From NCBI GenBank assembly GCA_030390025.1, contig CM059432.1, forward strand, positions 53,384,001-53,448,000: 64,000 nucleotides of DNA, read 5' to 3'. This stretch comes from Squalus acanthias (lineage: Eukaryota). Position numbers and translations under genes: made by a program. The notes below the pieces were generated by a model. That model was not told the origin of the DNA. It saw only the letters and a program-made list of their open reading frames with translations, and did not search any database. Numbering within the stretch: position 1 is the stretch's first letter; each line of letters begins with the position of its first letter. Below are positions 1-13,000 of the stretch, piece by piece.

Positions 1-1830
1 CAGAATAACAGCAACGTCTATGCTAGTTAAGGTCTCCGCTGCCTTGAATTTCTTTGCATCTGGATCTTTCCAGGCAGCAATAGGTGATCTGTGTTGTTTT
101 AGTCAGGCAGCTGCTTACCATTGCATTAAGAAAATCCACTGATGCTCTATCCAGGAGGGTTGAAAATTTGTATCCTTCCCAATGGAAGTAGACAAGGAGA
201 GAGAGTTATCTAGTACTACAGACTGGCAGATTCCTAGAGCTGTAAAGAACAATTGAATGGTGAGACCCAAAGCTCCATTTGACAATCCTCTCAATTTTAT
301 GGATAGGAAAGCATTTCATTCTATTAATATGCAGCAAGTGTGTGATTCCAATTCCCTTATCCTGCACACCAATTGCAGATACCCAGGAAGCTGCCATGAT
401 GCTTCATCATGCGACAATCCAACATGGCAGATCTCATAACCCAGAGCCATGTATCTGGATGGATGACTGATGATCAAGGCTATCCCCTGCAGTCATGGCT
501 GGTGACACAACTACAATAACAACAACAACTTGTATTTATATAGCACCTTTAACGCAGTAAAACATCCCAAGGCGCTTCACAGGTGTGTTAGAAGATAAAA
601 ATTTGACACCGATCCACATAAGGATAAATTAGGGCAGGTGACCAAAAGCTTGGTCAAAGAGGTAGGTTTTAAGGAGCGTCTTAAAGGAGGAAAGAGGGGT
701 AGAGAAGCGGAGAGGTTTAGGGAGGGAGTTCCAGAGCTTAGGACCTAGGCAGTTGAAGGCATGGCCACCAATGGTTGAGCAATTATAATCAGGGATGCTC
801 AAGAGGGCAGAATTAGAGGAGCGCAGATATCTCGGGGGGTTGTGGGGCTGAAGGAGATTACAGAGATAGGGAGGCGCGAGGCCATGGAGGGATTTGAAAA
901 CAAGGTTGAGAATTTTGAAATCGAGGCATTGCTTAACTGGGAGCCAATGTAGGTCAGTGAGCACAGGGGTGATGGGTGAATGGGACTTGGTGCGAGTTAG
1001 GACACGGGCAGCCAAGTTTATGTAGGGTAGAATGTGGGAGGCCAGCCAGGAGTGTGTTGGAATAGTCAAGTCTAGAGGTAACAAAGGCATGGATGAGTGT
1101 TTCAGCAGCAGATGAGCTGAGGCAAGGGCGGAGACGGGCGATGTTACGGAGGTGGAAATAGACAGTTTTAATTATGCTGCGGATATGTGGTCGGAAGCTC
1201 ATTTCAGGGTCAAATATGATACCAAGGTTGCGAATAGTCTGGTTCAGCCTCAGACAGATGCTAGGCAGAGGGATGGAGTCGATGGCTAGGGAACTGAGTT
1301 TGTGGCAGGAACCGAAAACAATGGCTTCGGTCTTCCCAATAGTTAATTGGAGAAAATTTCTGCTCATCCAGTACTGGATGTCGGACAAGCAGTCTGACAA
1401 TTTAGAGAAAAGTGGTGGTGAAGTAGAGCTGGGTGTCGTCAGCGTACATATGGAAAATGATGCCGTGTTTTCGGATGATGTCGCCAAGGGGCAGCATATA
1501 GATGAGAAATAAGAAGGGGCCAAGGATAGATCCTTGGGGTCCCCAGAGATAACAATGCGGGAGTGGGAAGAGAAGCCATTGCAGGTAATTTTCTGGCTAC
1601 AATTAGATATATAATAATGGAACTAAGCGATGGAATGGAATGGACTCCAAATAGAGGGAAACAACAGTGTGGGCCCATACCATTACATGAAGTGCCATAG
1701 AACAGACTATAGGTATTCTCAAGTCTTATTCCAGTGGCCTGGATAAATCTGTTGGAGCCCTGCAATATAGTCTAGCAAGAGGCTCAAGGATTATTGTAGC
1801 TTGTTACATTCTACATAATAATACAATGAA
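1..1830 (+). pseudogene. Degenerate PIF/Harbinger transposase, split by an L2 insertion at ~513-1630
   Basis: Fragments read VKVSAALNFFASGSFQAAIGD, RKAFHSINMQQVCD, RYPGSCHDA and DQGYPLQSWL. After the L2 the gene resumes with IEQTIGILK and GALQYS...VACYILHN. It carries frameshifts and stops and is truncated by the window start. Confidence 0.85.
513..1630 (-). mobile_element. L2-clade LINE, 5'-truncated (RT C-terminal region plus 3' tail)
   Basis: ORFs 954-1523 and 629-1090 give WMSRNFLQL..KTE, LIHAFVTSRLDYSN, PVLTDLHWLPV and FKTLLKTYLF. The tail is GCTATATAAAT followed by (GTT)n. Confidence 0.9.
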
Positions 1831-2264
1831 GAAAGGCTTGCTGCTTCTTGATGCTGAAGGCAATGATGATGAAGATTGGATGGAAAAAACACCTTCGCCA
1901 CAGCATGAGGATGGTGCACTGAAAGGAGTGGACATAGGAGAGCACCAACTGCAGCAAGAGAAAGGAGGGTGCAGCTAATAGCCCAGTGCTTTCAATGAAT
2001 AAAGGTTCACTCACCAAGAAAAAGTCTCTTCAAACCAGCTTGTTCTCCCCTAGCAGCCATGAAAAAGTCCCTCACTGATAAAGACTTCTATTAAATTTGT
2101 TCATAAGACAGAAGTCTACATTTCCCCTGCCATCACCCAACCACCAAAAGCTGAACGCATGCTCAGAAAAGAACTCAGAACTTAGCTGTCTTTAATTCAC
2201 ATAACAACATATTCTCCAAATAGTGCCAAAATTCCAATCACCTGTGGCTACTTCTGAACATTGT

Positions 2265-2990
2265 GGGGGTTATTTTGGTGGAAGGGTGAAAACAGGCACT
2301 AAATGGGTGCTGTGCTAATAAGACACGTCTGGTTTTAGCAAGCAATTTTGGGCCTAATTGCTGATAACCATAATTTGAACTTGCCTGGAGGTGCTGAAAC
2401 TGAGACACCTGCAGGTTTAACGCTCAAGCGCTGATTAGGCGCAATTTTGGTGGAGCACTATATGGGGGCTCCTCGCACCCACTTTCACTGAAGATGTGGC
2501 GTGTGCTGACTGACACACAGCGGTAGGTTTCAGGATGGCTCAGGGACCGAGTGAGAGGGCGCACAGGTTCTCGGATGCGGCACCTGAGGTCCTGATGGAG
2601 GAGGTCCAGAGGAGGAGTGATGTCCTGTACCTGCGGGGGAAAGGAGTCCACCTCCCCCTCCTGTCCCTCCTGTCTCTCTCTTCTCCTGCACCTCCTCCTC
2701 CTCCTCTTCCTCCACCTCCTCTTGTGGCTCCTAAGCTTGACCCTCTGGTACAATTGTTGGTGGTAACAGCTGGTCTCATGATCGCCAGATTGTGCAGCAT
2801 GCAGCAAGTCACCATGAATCTGAAGCTCTCCTCGCCCTCCTGTCCCTCTCTCCTCCAGCAGCTTGTGCTGCTCTGCCTGGACTCATCTCCTCCTCCCATT
2901 CCTCCTGCAGACCAAGGAGGACCACTAGCAAGATGCCGATAACCAAGCACGCCCTTTCTCCTGGTGACTCCTATGAGGTAGAGTAGCACA
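2265..2990. mobile_element. Internally deleted Harbinger remnant
   Basis: A Myb N-terminus on + (ERAHRFSDAAPEVLMEEVQRR, from 2535) directly abuts a transposase C-terminus on - (VTCCMLHNLAIMR plus GAG-rich acidic tail). Ends are approximate. Confidence 0.65.
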
Positions 2991-3147
2991 CAATGTTCCC
3001 GTTCAGCCGCGCAGTGATCTGCAGTTCCCACACAGGCTGCTCAGTGGCTTTTAAATGGAAAAAAATCGTGCATGCATGGAAATTTTAATGGGCTGCGCAG
3101 CCCGCTAAAGGGGCCGCACACCCCAAAAAAAATTAGCGGGAACATTG
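2991..3147. mobile_element. 157-bp hAT-type MITE
   Basis: 11-bp TIRs CAATGTTCCCG (2991) and CGGGAACATTG (3137-3147). Flanks GTAGCACA and GTACCACA form an 8-bp TSD with one mismatch. Confidence 0.75.
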
Positions 3148-3324
3148 GTACCACAGCACTTACTCTTTTTAGGTGATGTATTCGGAGAATTTCCAGAATA
3201 ATTGTTGATGGAGTGTTGGTGAAGTGTGGGTGGTCCTGAGCCTTAAAGGCCTGAAATAACTCCTGTCTCAGGGAAGCAGGTGTCCCCGAGAGTCAAGCTT
3301 CTAATACACTTTCTCCTGCAGTTA

Positions 3325-3635
3325 TAACAACAACAACAATTTGCATTTATATAGCACCTTTAATGTAGCAAAATGTCCCAAGGCGCTTCACAGGAGTATT
3401 TTAAGAGAAAAAATTTGACACCGAGCCACATAAGGATAAATTTGGCCAGGTGACCAAAGCTTGGTCAAAGAGGTAGGTTTTAAGGAGCGTCTTAAAGGAG
3501 GAAAGAGAGGTAGCGAGGCGGAGAGGTTTAGGCAGGGAATTCCAGAGCTTAGGGCCTAGGCAACAGAAGGCATGGCCACCAAAGGTTGAGCGATTATAAT
3601 CAGGGATGCTCAAGAGGGCAGAATTAGAGGAGAAA
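3325..3635 (-). mobile_element. L2 LINE 3' fragment
   Basis: Near-identical to the 3' part of 513-1630; encodes GPKLWNSLPKPLR and has the (GTT)n tail. Confidence 0.9.
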
Positions 3636-3699
3636 GCAGTAATGGGTGCCAAGCCCATGTCTGAAGCTCCCTCAAATGAAGGCATTGAAGAGGGCATTT

Positions 3700-4035
3700 T
3701 ATAAATTCATTTTTGGATTTGGGTGTCACTATCAAGGTCAGCATTTATCATCCATCACTGAACAGAGTGGCTTGCTTCAGAGGACAGTTTAGAGACAACC
3801 ATGTTTGGTGTGATACTGGATTCACATATAGGCCAGACCAGGCAAGGGTGGCAGATTTCCTTCCATAAAGGATATTAGTGAACCAACTGGGTTTTACAAC
3901 AATCTGACAGTTTCATGGTCATTTGTACTGATACCAGCTTCTAATTTCCAGGTTTTTAAATCTGAATTCATATTCTCAAACTGCCACGGTGGGATTTGAA
4001 CTCACATTCTCTAAATTATTAGGCCAGACCTCTGG
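3700..4035 (-). mobile_element. Degenerate tRNA-derived SINE, same family as 19460-19850
   Basis: The reverse complement matches the core GGTTCACTAAT..GGAAGGAAATCTGCC..CCTGGTCTGGCCTATATGTGA and the LINE-like tail. Confidence 0.75.
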
Positions 4036-4802
4036 ACTATTAATCTAGTAGAATAGCTATTACTCTACTGTAAGGAAGCAGACACACTTCCACTCACTGG
4101 AGAGACAGTGACATCTGTGCCTTCTCCTTGCACGCCAGTGGTGCTGGGCACAGATTCAGAGGATTTACTGGTTGATGTCAGTACACAATCACCAGCGTAT
4201 TCTGCAGGACTTAGAAAACTTCCCTCAATTTGTTGCAGATGCAGATAGTGGACTCATGCCATTTGTTCATCATTTCAACCATTGTACGGAAACCATCGCC
4301 ACTGCCTACATATGAGATCGATACACCTTAATCATAGCTCTTTTGAAGACTTGGGTGCCTAAGATCTGGGTTCCTCAGCTCCTTAGCCAAGGGTGGTTGT
4401 TTTTCCACTCTCCATGAAGGAATGTCATTCTCCCTTTCTTCCCTTCCCAGGTCCTCATTTTCACTAATGCTCAGTGTTTCACCCAGTGACAGCCTTTCCG
4501 ACTCACTGGCTATTTTCTCCCAAGTGAATGTGCCTGCGTTGATACTTGCAAAGTGGTGCTAGGATTAGGCTCAGAGGGTTTAATGGTCAGTGTCAAGATA
4601 AACCGAATAGTCCCAACCAGATCTTTGCAGCCCTGTGAAAGTCCTGTAAAAGTCCTGTTCAACGTATCTAAGGCAGATAAGATGAGAAGCTACAATGTCC
4701 TTAGAAGCTGTTCCTGGTATCTTGATGCCGCAGAAATCTCCCGGCTGTCACAATCAAACTGAATTCAAATTCTTAAACTGTCATGGTGGGATGTAAACTC
4801 GT

Positions 4803-6040
4803 GGGGCTAAAAATTCAATTAGGCCCGAAAATGGATGGGGGGGGAGATTGTGATGCGCGATTGGGCCTCGCCCATTGAAGTAAGGCAGGCAGCAGGTGAC
4901 CTTCAACAACAACAACGTGTATTTATATAGCACATTTAACGTAGTAAAACGTCCCAAGGTGCTTCACAGGGAAATTTGACACCGGGCCACATAAGGAGAA
5001 ATTAGGGCAGGTGACCAAAAGCTTGGTGAAAGAGGTAGGTTTTAAGGAGCGTTTTAAATGAGGTAAGAGAGGCGGAGAGGTTTAGGCAGGGAATTCCAGA
5101 GCGTAGAGACTAGGCAACAGAAGGCACGACCACCAATGGCTGAGCGATTATAATCAGGGATGCTCAAGAGGCCAGAATTAGAGGAGTGCAGATATCTCGG
5201 GGTGTTGTGGGGCTGAAGGAGTTTACAGAGATAGGGAGGGGTAAGGCCATGGAGGGATTCCTGCTGCCTGCTATTTACCATGATTAACGTGTGCAGCCCA
5301 GCACTGAGTGTGCTGCTGAGTGACTGTGCACTTAGCAGGGGGCCAAAGTTTGTGTGAGGGTATCTCTATTTAAAGCCTGCTTCCACTTTTAAAGGCAGTC
5401 TGCACCTCTTAAAGGTGAGGTGCATTCTGCATTCAGCAGCTGCCGGATGTGCTTGTCAAGACAACTGTGGCTCTGTAATGGCTTGACAAGGCAGAGAACG
5501 GGCACCAAGTTTCTCTGACGCAGCACTAGAAGCCTTAGTGCATGGGTAGAATGGAGGAGACAGATCCTTTACCCACAGGGGGCCAGGAGGCCCTCCAGAC
5601 TCATGGTCAGAAGGCAATGGAAGCAGATAGCTGAAGCGATCACTGGGTCACTGCCAGCAGTCTTGCCCCGAGGACCTAGATCCAGTGCCGAAAGAAGTTC
5701 AATGACCTCACACAAGTAGTCAAGGTGAATGAATGCATCTTTAAAAGCCATCTTCCACCAAGTGCACCTAGCCTCACACACTGCTCAAAGCACCACACTC
5801 CCATCACTCAGCTACCAACAATCTCTACCAATCACGACTCATACCTCACATTCATAGCTTCACCTCACCCTCACACACTTAGCTTTGCTGTAAGCCTCGC
5901 ATCAATATCTCAGCTTGCACACACTGCCAGTTATTTAACCATGACAGGCACATCACCCAAACACATTGCACCACACTCACGGACACACTTCTCCTTCTCT
6001 TGGGGGGCAAGGTGGCTCATAACCGCAAACAGCAGCATTT
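4803..6040 (+). mobile_element. Harbinger left-end remnant with degenerate Myb gene exon 1, intron 1 and start of exon 2
   Basis: The end GGGGCTAAAAATTCAATTAGGCCCGAAA resembles 60737. RERAPSFSDAALEALV..QCRKKFNDLTQVVK|gtgaat lies at ~5480-5724. An L2 interrupts it. Confidence 0.7.
4903..5260 (-). mobile_element. L2 LINE 3' fragment
   Basis: Same family and (GTT)n tail as 513-1630; ORF 5054-5281. Confidence 0.9.
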
Positions 6041-6099
6041 CAAGGTTCTTTGGTATCAGTTCTTTGATGTGGCAAGTACAAAACTCCCTAATTATTTCT

Positions 6100-7180
6100 G
6101 AAAAGCTCCAGCCTACAACACTTGCTAAAAGTCATGGGGGCTGTACTGACAGTGGACCTCGCCCTCCAGGATCTACGGCAGATGGAGCGGAAGCAGCAAG
6201 ATAATCAGCCTTCTGGATGGGCTGTCCGTGACTGGCTCATCAGACTCCGATTCACATGAATGAAACCCCAGATCCCCGTAGCTCACCAAATCTCCATCAT
6301 ATCATCCCTGTCTCATGTCACAACACAGCGTCCTCCTGGGCGCAATGGTGAAATAGAGAGACCACAAAATATTCCAAACACAATTAATAACTTTATCTAT
6401 AAACATATCACACATATCACATGAATATTATTAATTAATGACCCTTGTGCCTGCTATAGTTGAATAGCTGTCATTGTGTGCAAGGTGTGAGAGGTGAGTG
6501 TGAGTGTTGCTAGGTAGAGATTGTTGGTGGATGAGTGCTGGGGGTGTGGTGCATTGAGCAGTGTTTGAAGCTTGTGGTACAGATGGTGGTATGTAACATT
6601 TGTTGAAGCCTTCACTCACCCTGACCACCCGTGTGAGCTCATTAAACTTCCTCCTGCACTGTGTGTGGGTCCTGGGGAGCTCGGTGCTGCCCATGACGTG
6701 GTGTGCCACCTCCCTCCACATAGTCCAGCAGACTTGTGGTGATGGCATCCTGCCAGTTGGTGAGTACAGGACTGCCTTCTCTCCACTGCTAAAACCAATG
6801 CCTCCAAAGCTTCATCGGAAAACCTCTGGGCTCTCTCCCTGGGGTGGCGATCTGTCATCAGGATTTGTAAATAAGTGCTCCTTCTCCTTGTGTTTCTTCT
6901 TTTGGTTGCTAAGGCAGCTGCACACCCAACAATGCTGAGAATGAGATGCTGCAGCATCAAAGAACCTTCCCTTTAAGTAGTGCAAAAGGCCTGTGGCAAT
7001 CATTACTTGTGTTTAGACTGCCCCCGATATTGATCCATCTTTTCAATTTAATGCCAATGAGCTTGGATTTTTAGACGAGAATCATGACTGCAATCATTTT
7101 AATGAGGAGTGAGGACGAATTTTGCGTGCAGCATAGACGATTTTCAACTGGCGCTACTTAACCATTTTTAGTCTAAATAC
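6100..7180 (-). mobile_element. Reverse-oriented deleted Harbinger remnant
   Basis: Myb exon 1 on - (RERAQRFSDEALEALV; RTHTQCRRKFNELTRVVR|gtgagt, ~6620-6840). A transposase 3' end on + (~6150-6300) resembles the reverse complement of 63040-63120. Confidence 0.7.
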
Positions 7181-7999
7181 TGCCCAGTTCTTGGCTATAA
7201 TGAATTAACATAGTCACATTCGACAAAAGGGAGGCATAGCCTTAAACTTAGATGAGGGAAGGCGAAAATACAGTTTAAATTTAACTACTTTAAGCAGCGG
7301 GTAATAAATGTATGGAATGGGCTACTTTGGGAGATGGTGGGGGCTGATTGTATCAGCGAATTCAAGAGAGAGTTAGATAAATACCCAATAAAAAATTGCT
7401 CCTCCTTGCTCCGCATCAACCCTTAAAAAATAATTAACTACCTTTTTGATGGCGGCCACTTGCTAGGCCTATGGCCTGTTTTGGGCATCGGATGTTTTTA
7501 GGAGTCATTGCGTACAATGCATAGCCTTGTGAAATTGATAATTTTTCCCCCATTTTCCGACTGGAAAACTGGCGCAATGATGATCAATTTCTACCCTACT
7601 GGGACTAGACAGATGGACTGCAATGGTCTTTTAGATTCTTATGTTCTGTCCACGATGAGTCAACAGAAGTGATATCTCCTGAGCCAAGGGGCTGGGTGCC
7701 GGAGATACAAGTTCACCTATGGACTCATGAATGACTAGCGGTATCCTTTGCCTGAGTCACTGGTATCTGCATACTTTCAACGACCATTTGTGCAGACTTT
7801 TGTGTGGACCCAGAGCTACCACTGACTTCAGTGTCACTTGACTGCTCCCATGCATTGCTTTAGACCATTGCTTCTGCAAAGGCATACACATCTATGAGGA
7901 TTTTCAAATTTTGTTGTGATGGCTAAATTTAATCATTCCCTATGCCCCACATTGCACTGATGGCCACTGAGTTTGCTCAGCAATATGTCCTTCATGGAA

Positions 8000-8505
8000 G
8001 TGTGAGCTTGGCTCAGTTGATGGAATTCACAATTTTTTAATATAAGGTTATGGGTTCAAGCTCCACGAGAAAGAAAGACTTGCATTTATATAGCGCCTTT
8101 CACAACCACTGGATGTCCCAAAGCACTTTACAGCCAATGAAGTACTTTTGAAGTGTAGTCACTGTTGTAATGTAGGAGACTTGAACAGATGGTCTAGGCT
8201 GACACTTTAATGCAGTACTGAAGCAGTACATTGCTTCAGGTGCTGTCTTTCAGATGAGATATTAAAATGAGATCTTGTCTGCCAGCTCAGGTGAGCATGA
8301 AAGACCCAACAACACTATTCAAAGAAGAGCAGGATCTTGGTGTCCTGGCCAACATTTCTTCCTCAAGTAATATTTGCTATTTGCTGTGTGCAAAATTGGC
8401 TGCCTTGTTTGCCGAAATAACAACACTGACTATACTTCAAAATAATCCACTGGTCGCATAGCACTTTGGGATGTCCTGAGATGCTATATAAGTACAAGTT
8501 CTTTC
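8000..8505 (+). mobile_element. Degenerate Deu-domain SINE, with an inverted 3' tail fragment of the same family inserted at ~8070-8178
   Basis: tRNA-like head, core GGTGCTGTCTTTCAGATGAGA and tail GCTATATAAGTACAAG. Confidence 0.65.
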
Positions 8506-8690
8506 TTGCTTTCATTCACGGGAGACTGAATCAAAGACAATCTATCATCCATCCTTTGAATCACTACCTGTGGGATCTCATGTGACTTTTCCACTGCTGA
8601 AACCTGAATGAATGCCTTTGACATCTTCAGACTCAATTACTCCACTGCTCTCCTAGCTAGTCTCCCATTCTCCAACCTCATCCAAAATTC

Positions 8691-9058
8691 TGAAATAACA
8701 ACAGAAAACGCTGGAAACACTCAGCAGGCCAGGCAGCATCCGTGGAGAGAGAAACAGAGTTAACGTTTCAGGTCTGTGACCCTTCGTCAGAACTGGTAAA
8801 AGTTGGAGATGTAACAGGTTTTAAGCAGGTGCAGAGGCAGGGAAAGGGTGGGGGGAGGGGAGGAAGGAATTGAAGGCACAAGTCTGTGCTAGGATTGAAC
8901 TCAGGAGAGATAAAATGTTGCAAATGGAGGTGGCAGAGTCATCAACAGCTGCTGCCTGAAAAAATGGGGGGGTTGTAGTCTGAAATTGTTGAACTCAATG
9001 TTGAGTCCAGAAGGCTGTAAAGTGCCTAATTGAAAGATGAGGTGCTGTTCCTCGAGCT
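8691..9058 (-). mobile_element. Penelope-like element 3' fragment
   Basis: The reverse complement matches the 3' part of the GIY-YIG-bearing element at 20417-21124. Confidence 0.8.
8758..8794 (-). ncRNA. Putative minimal type I hammerhead ribozyme
   Basis: The minus strand reads AGTT-CTGACGA-A-GGGTC-ACA-GACCT-GAAA-CGTT-AACT. This gives both core boxes, a 5-bp stem II, AGTT/AACT stem I and a palindromic AACGTT in place of stem III. Confidence 0.65.
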
Positions 9059-10078
9059 TTCATCTTCCGACTCTATGACTCTATGTTTAAATCCCTCCAT
9101 GGCCTCACTCGCCCTATATTCTAACCTGCTCTGGGCCACAACACTCCCATCATTGCTCTCTGTTCCTCTAACTCAAGCCTCTTGCACGTGGCCCCTACAC
9201 TTTGCCATATCATTGGCAGGTGTGCTTTCAGCGCCGATGTTTAATTCTCTGGAATTCTCTCCTTAACTCCCTCTTCCTCTCCACCTCTCTTTCTGAGTTC
9301 TCTGTTCCTCTGACTCCCACCTTTGTGTTTCACCCCTCTCTTCACCCCACCATTTATAGTTGTGTCGTTAGTCAAGCTCTGAAATTCCCTCCCTAAATCT
9401 TTCTGCCTTGCCACCTACCTCTCCTGTTAAGGTCCTCCATCAAACCCACCTTTTTGACCAAGCTTTTGGTCATCCCCTCTCCATCTTTCGCTTAGTGTCC
9501 ATTTTCTTCTGTGAAACATCTTGAGGTGTTTTTCTGTGTTAAAGGTGTAATATAAATGTAAGTTCTTGTATTTTGTTATATAAGTGTGCGTGGCAATTTT
9601 TTAACTTACAGATTCGACAAGTAGCCTGCATTGGGTATATAGCAGCTGGTCTGTGAGTAATTCCATATTCCTGCAGGGGTGTGCCTATAATAGTCTCTGC
9701 TGTAATGAATGCTGTCATCCTCTGCTCAAAGGATGTCAGTGCCTTCTGGATATTAGTACCACCATCTGTGCCAGTGCACACAAGGTGATTATAGATCATT
9801 TTCCCCAGTAACAATAACAGCAATGTAAAATTAAACAGGTTAAAAAGCCATGTTAATGCCATCCTTCACTGGCTACTGTGCACTCTCATGCCACATGTAA
9901 TGCAATCAGCATGAGTGCAATTTTTCATTCTGCTGCAGCTTTCTTGCTACATACGTTATCACTTAGGTATGTGTAAGTAACTCACTTTAAGGTGCCATAT
10001 GTAATTAATACTTTCCTTTACAAGTCACATGGCCCAACTGTATATATGAAGGTAGTCAGTCCTTCATCCTGGTAAGTA

Positions 10079-13000
10079 TTTTTTTATTCGTTCATGGGAT
10101 GTGGGCGTCGCTGCCAAGGTCAGCATTTATTGCCCATCCCTAATTGCCCTTGAGAAGGTGGTGGTGAGCTGCCTTCTTGAACCGCTGCAGTCCGTGTGGT
10201 GATGGTACTCCCACAATGCTGTTCGGGAGGGAGTTCCAGGATTTTGACCCAGCGACGATGAAGGAACGCCGATATACTTCCAAGTCAGGATGGTGTGTGA
10301 CTTGGAGGATAACTTGGAGGTGGTGGTGTTCCCATGCGCCTGCTGCCCTTGTCCTTCTAGGTGGAAGAGGTCGTGGGTTTGGGAGGTGCTGCTGAAGAAG
10401 CCTTGGCGAGTTGCTGCAGTACATCTTGTAGATGGTACACACTGCAGCTACGGTACGCCGGTGGTGGAGGGAGTGAATGTTTAAGGTGGTGGATGGGATG
10501 CCGATCAAGCGGGCTGCTTTGTCCTGGATGCTGTCGAGCTTTTTGAGTGTTGTTGGAGCTGCACTCATCCAGGCAAGTGGAGAGTATTCCATCACACTCC
10601 TTACTTGTGCCTTGTAGATAACATAGAAGATAGGAGCAGGAGTAGGCCATTCGGCCCCTCGAGCCTGCTCCGCCATTCGATGAGATCATGGCTGATCATC
10701 TAAACTCAGTACCCTGTACCTGCCTTCTCCCCATATCCCTTGATACCTTTAGCTTTAAGAAATATATCTAACTCAACCTTGAATATATTTAATGACTTCA
10801 CCTCAACTACCTTCTGTGGTACAGAATTCCACAGGTTCACCACTCTCTGGGTGAAGAAATTCTTCCTCATTTCTGTCCTAAATGGTTTACCCGTTATCCG
10901 TAGATTATGACCCCTGGTTCTGGACTCTCTGACCATCGGGAACATTCTTCCTGCATCTAGTTTGTCCAGACCTGTCAGAATTTTATATGTTTCGATGAGA
11001 TCCCCTCTCATTCTTCTATACTCCAGTGAGTATAAGCCCAATTGACCCAATCTCTCCTCATATGTCATTCCTGCCATCCCAGGTATCAGCCTTGTGAATC
11101 TTCGCTGAACTCCTTCCATGGCAAGAACATCCTTCCTCAGATAAGGCGACCAAAACTGCACACAGTACTCAAGGTGTGGTCTCACCAAGGCCCTGTACAA
11201 CTGCAGCAGGACATCCCTGTTCCTATACTCAAACCCTTTCGCTATGAAGGCCAACATACCATTTGCCTTCTTCACCGCCTGCTGCACCTGCATGCTTACT
11301 TTCAGCAACTGGTGCACAAGGACACCCAGGTCTCGTTGCACTTCCCCTTCTCCCAATCTATTGCCATTCAGATAATAGTCTGCCTTTCTGTTTTTGACAC
11401 CAAGGTGGATAACCTCGCACTTATCCACGTTATATTGCATCTGCCACGCTTCTGCCCACTCACCCAACCTGTCCAGATCATCCTGGAGTTTCTCGGTATC
11501 CTCCTCGCAGCACACACTCCCACCCAGCTTTGTGTCATCTGCAAACTTGGTGGTGGAAAGGCTTTGGGGAGTCAGGAGGTGAGACACTCACCACAGAATA
11601 CCCAGCCTCTGACCTGCTCTTGTAGCCACAGTATTTATGCGGCTGGTCCAGTTAAGTTTCTGGTCAATGGTGACCCCCAGGATATTGATGGTGAGGGGAT
11701 TCGGTGATGGTAATGCCGGTAAATGTCAAGGGGCTCTGGTTAGACACTCGCTTGTTGGAGATAGTCATTGCCTGGCACTTGTGTGGTGCAAATGTTACCT
11801 GCCACTTATCAGCCCAAGCCTGAATGTCATCCAGGTCTTGCTGCATGCGGGCATGGACTGCTTCATTATCTGAGGAGTGGCAAATGGCACTGAGCACTGT
11901 GCAGTCATCAGCGAACATCTCCACTTCTGACCTTATGATGGAGGGAAGGTCATTGATGAAGCAGCTGAAAATGGTTGGGCATAGGACACTGCCCTGAGGA
12001 ACTCCTGCAGCGATGTCCTGGGGCTGTGATGATTGACCTCCAACCACCACAACCATCTCCCTTTGTGCTAGGTATGACTCCAGCCAGTGGAGAGTTTTCT
12101 GCCCAATTCCCATTGACTTCAGTTTTACTAGGGCTCCTTGATGCCACACTCAGTCAAATGCTGCCTTGATGCCAAGGGCAGTCACTCTCACCTCACCTCT
12201 GGTATTCAGCTCTTTTGTCCATGTTTGGACCAAGGCAGTAATGAGTTCTGGAGCGGAATGGTCTTGGCGGAACCCAAACTGGGCATCAGTGAGCAGGTTA
12301 TTGGTGAGTAAGTGCCGCTTGATAGCACTGTTGACGACACCTTCCATCACTTTGCTGATGATTGAGAGTAGACTGATGGGGTGGTAATTAGCCAAATTGG
12401 ATTTGTCCTGCTTTTTGTGGACAGGACATACCTGGGCAGTTTTCCAGATTTTCGGATAGATGCCAGTGTTGTAGCTGTACTGGAACAGCTTGGCTAGAGG
12501 TGCGGCTACTTCTGGAGCACAAGTCTTCAGCACGATAGCCGGGATGTCGTTGGGGCCCACAGCCTTTGCTGTATCCAGTGCGCTCAGCCATTTCTTGATA
12601 TCACGTGGAGTGAATCGAATTGGCTGAAGACTGGCTTCTGTGGTGGTGGGGACCTCAGGAGGAGGCCGATATGGATCATCCACTCAGTACTTCTGGCTGT
12701 AGAGGGTTGCAAACGCTTCAGCTTTGTCTTTTGCGCTCACGTGCTGGGCTGCACCATCATTGAGGATGGGGATATTCATGGAGCCTCCTCCTCCCGTTAG
12801 TTGTTTAATGGTCCACCACCATTCATGACTGGATGTGGCAGGACTGTAGTGCTTTAATCTGATCCGTTGATTGTGGAATCGCTTAGCTCTTTCTATAGCA
12901 TGCTGCTTTTGCTTTTTAGCATGCATGTAGTCCTGTGTTGCAGCTTCTGCAGGTTGGCACCGTATTTTTAGATACACCTGGTGCTGCTCTTGTCATGCTC

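Larger units (their letters stand above)
8630..9570 (+). mobile_element. Old L2 3' fragment interrupted by a Penelope piece
   Basis: Degenerate matches to the L2 3' region (TCCCTCCATGGCCTC, TTTGACCAAGCTTTTGGTCA, TTAAAGGTG..TATAAATGTAAG). Confidence 0.6.

Noticed and set aside
10140..10676. 178-aa ORF with a novel N-terminus
   Set aside because: It is a junction artefact: the CR1 3' UTR reads into the C-terminus of the host LINE ORF2.
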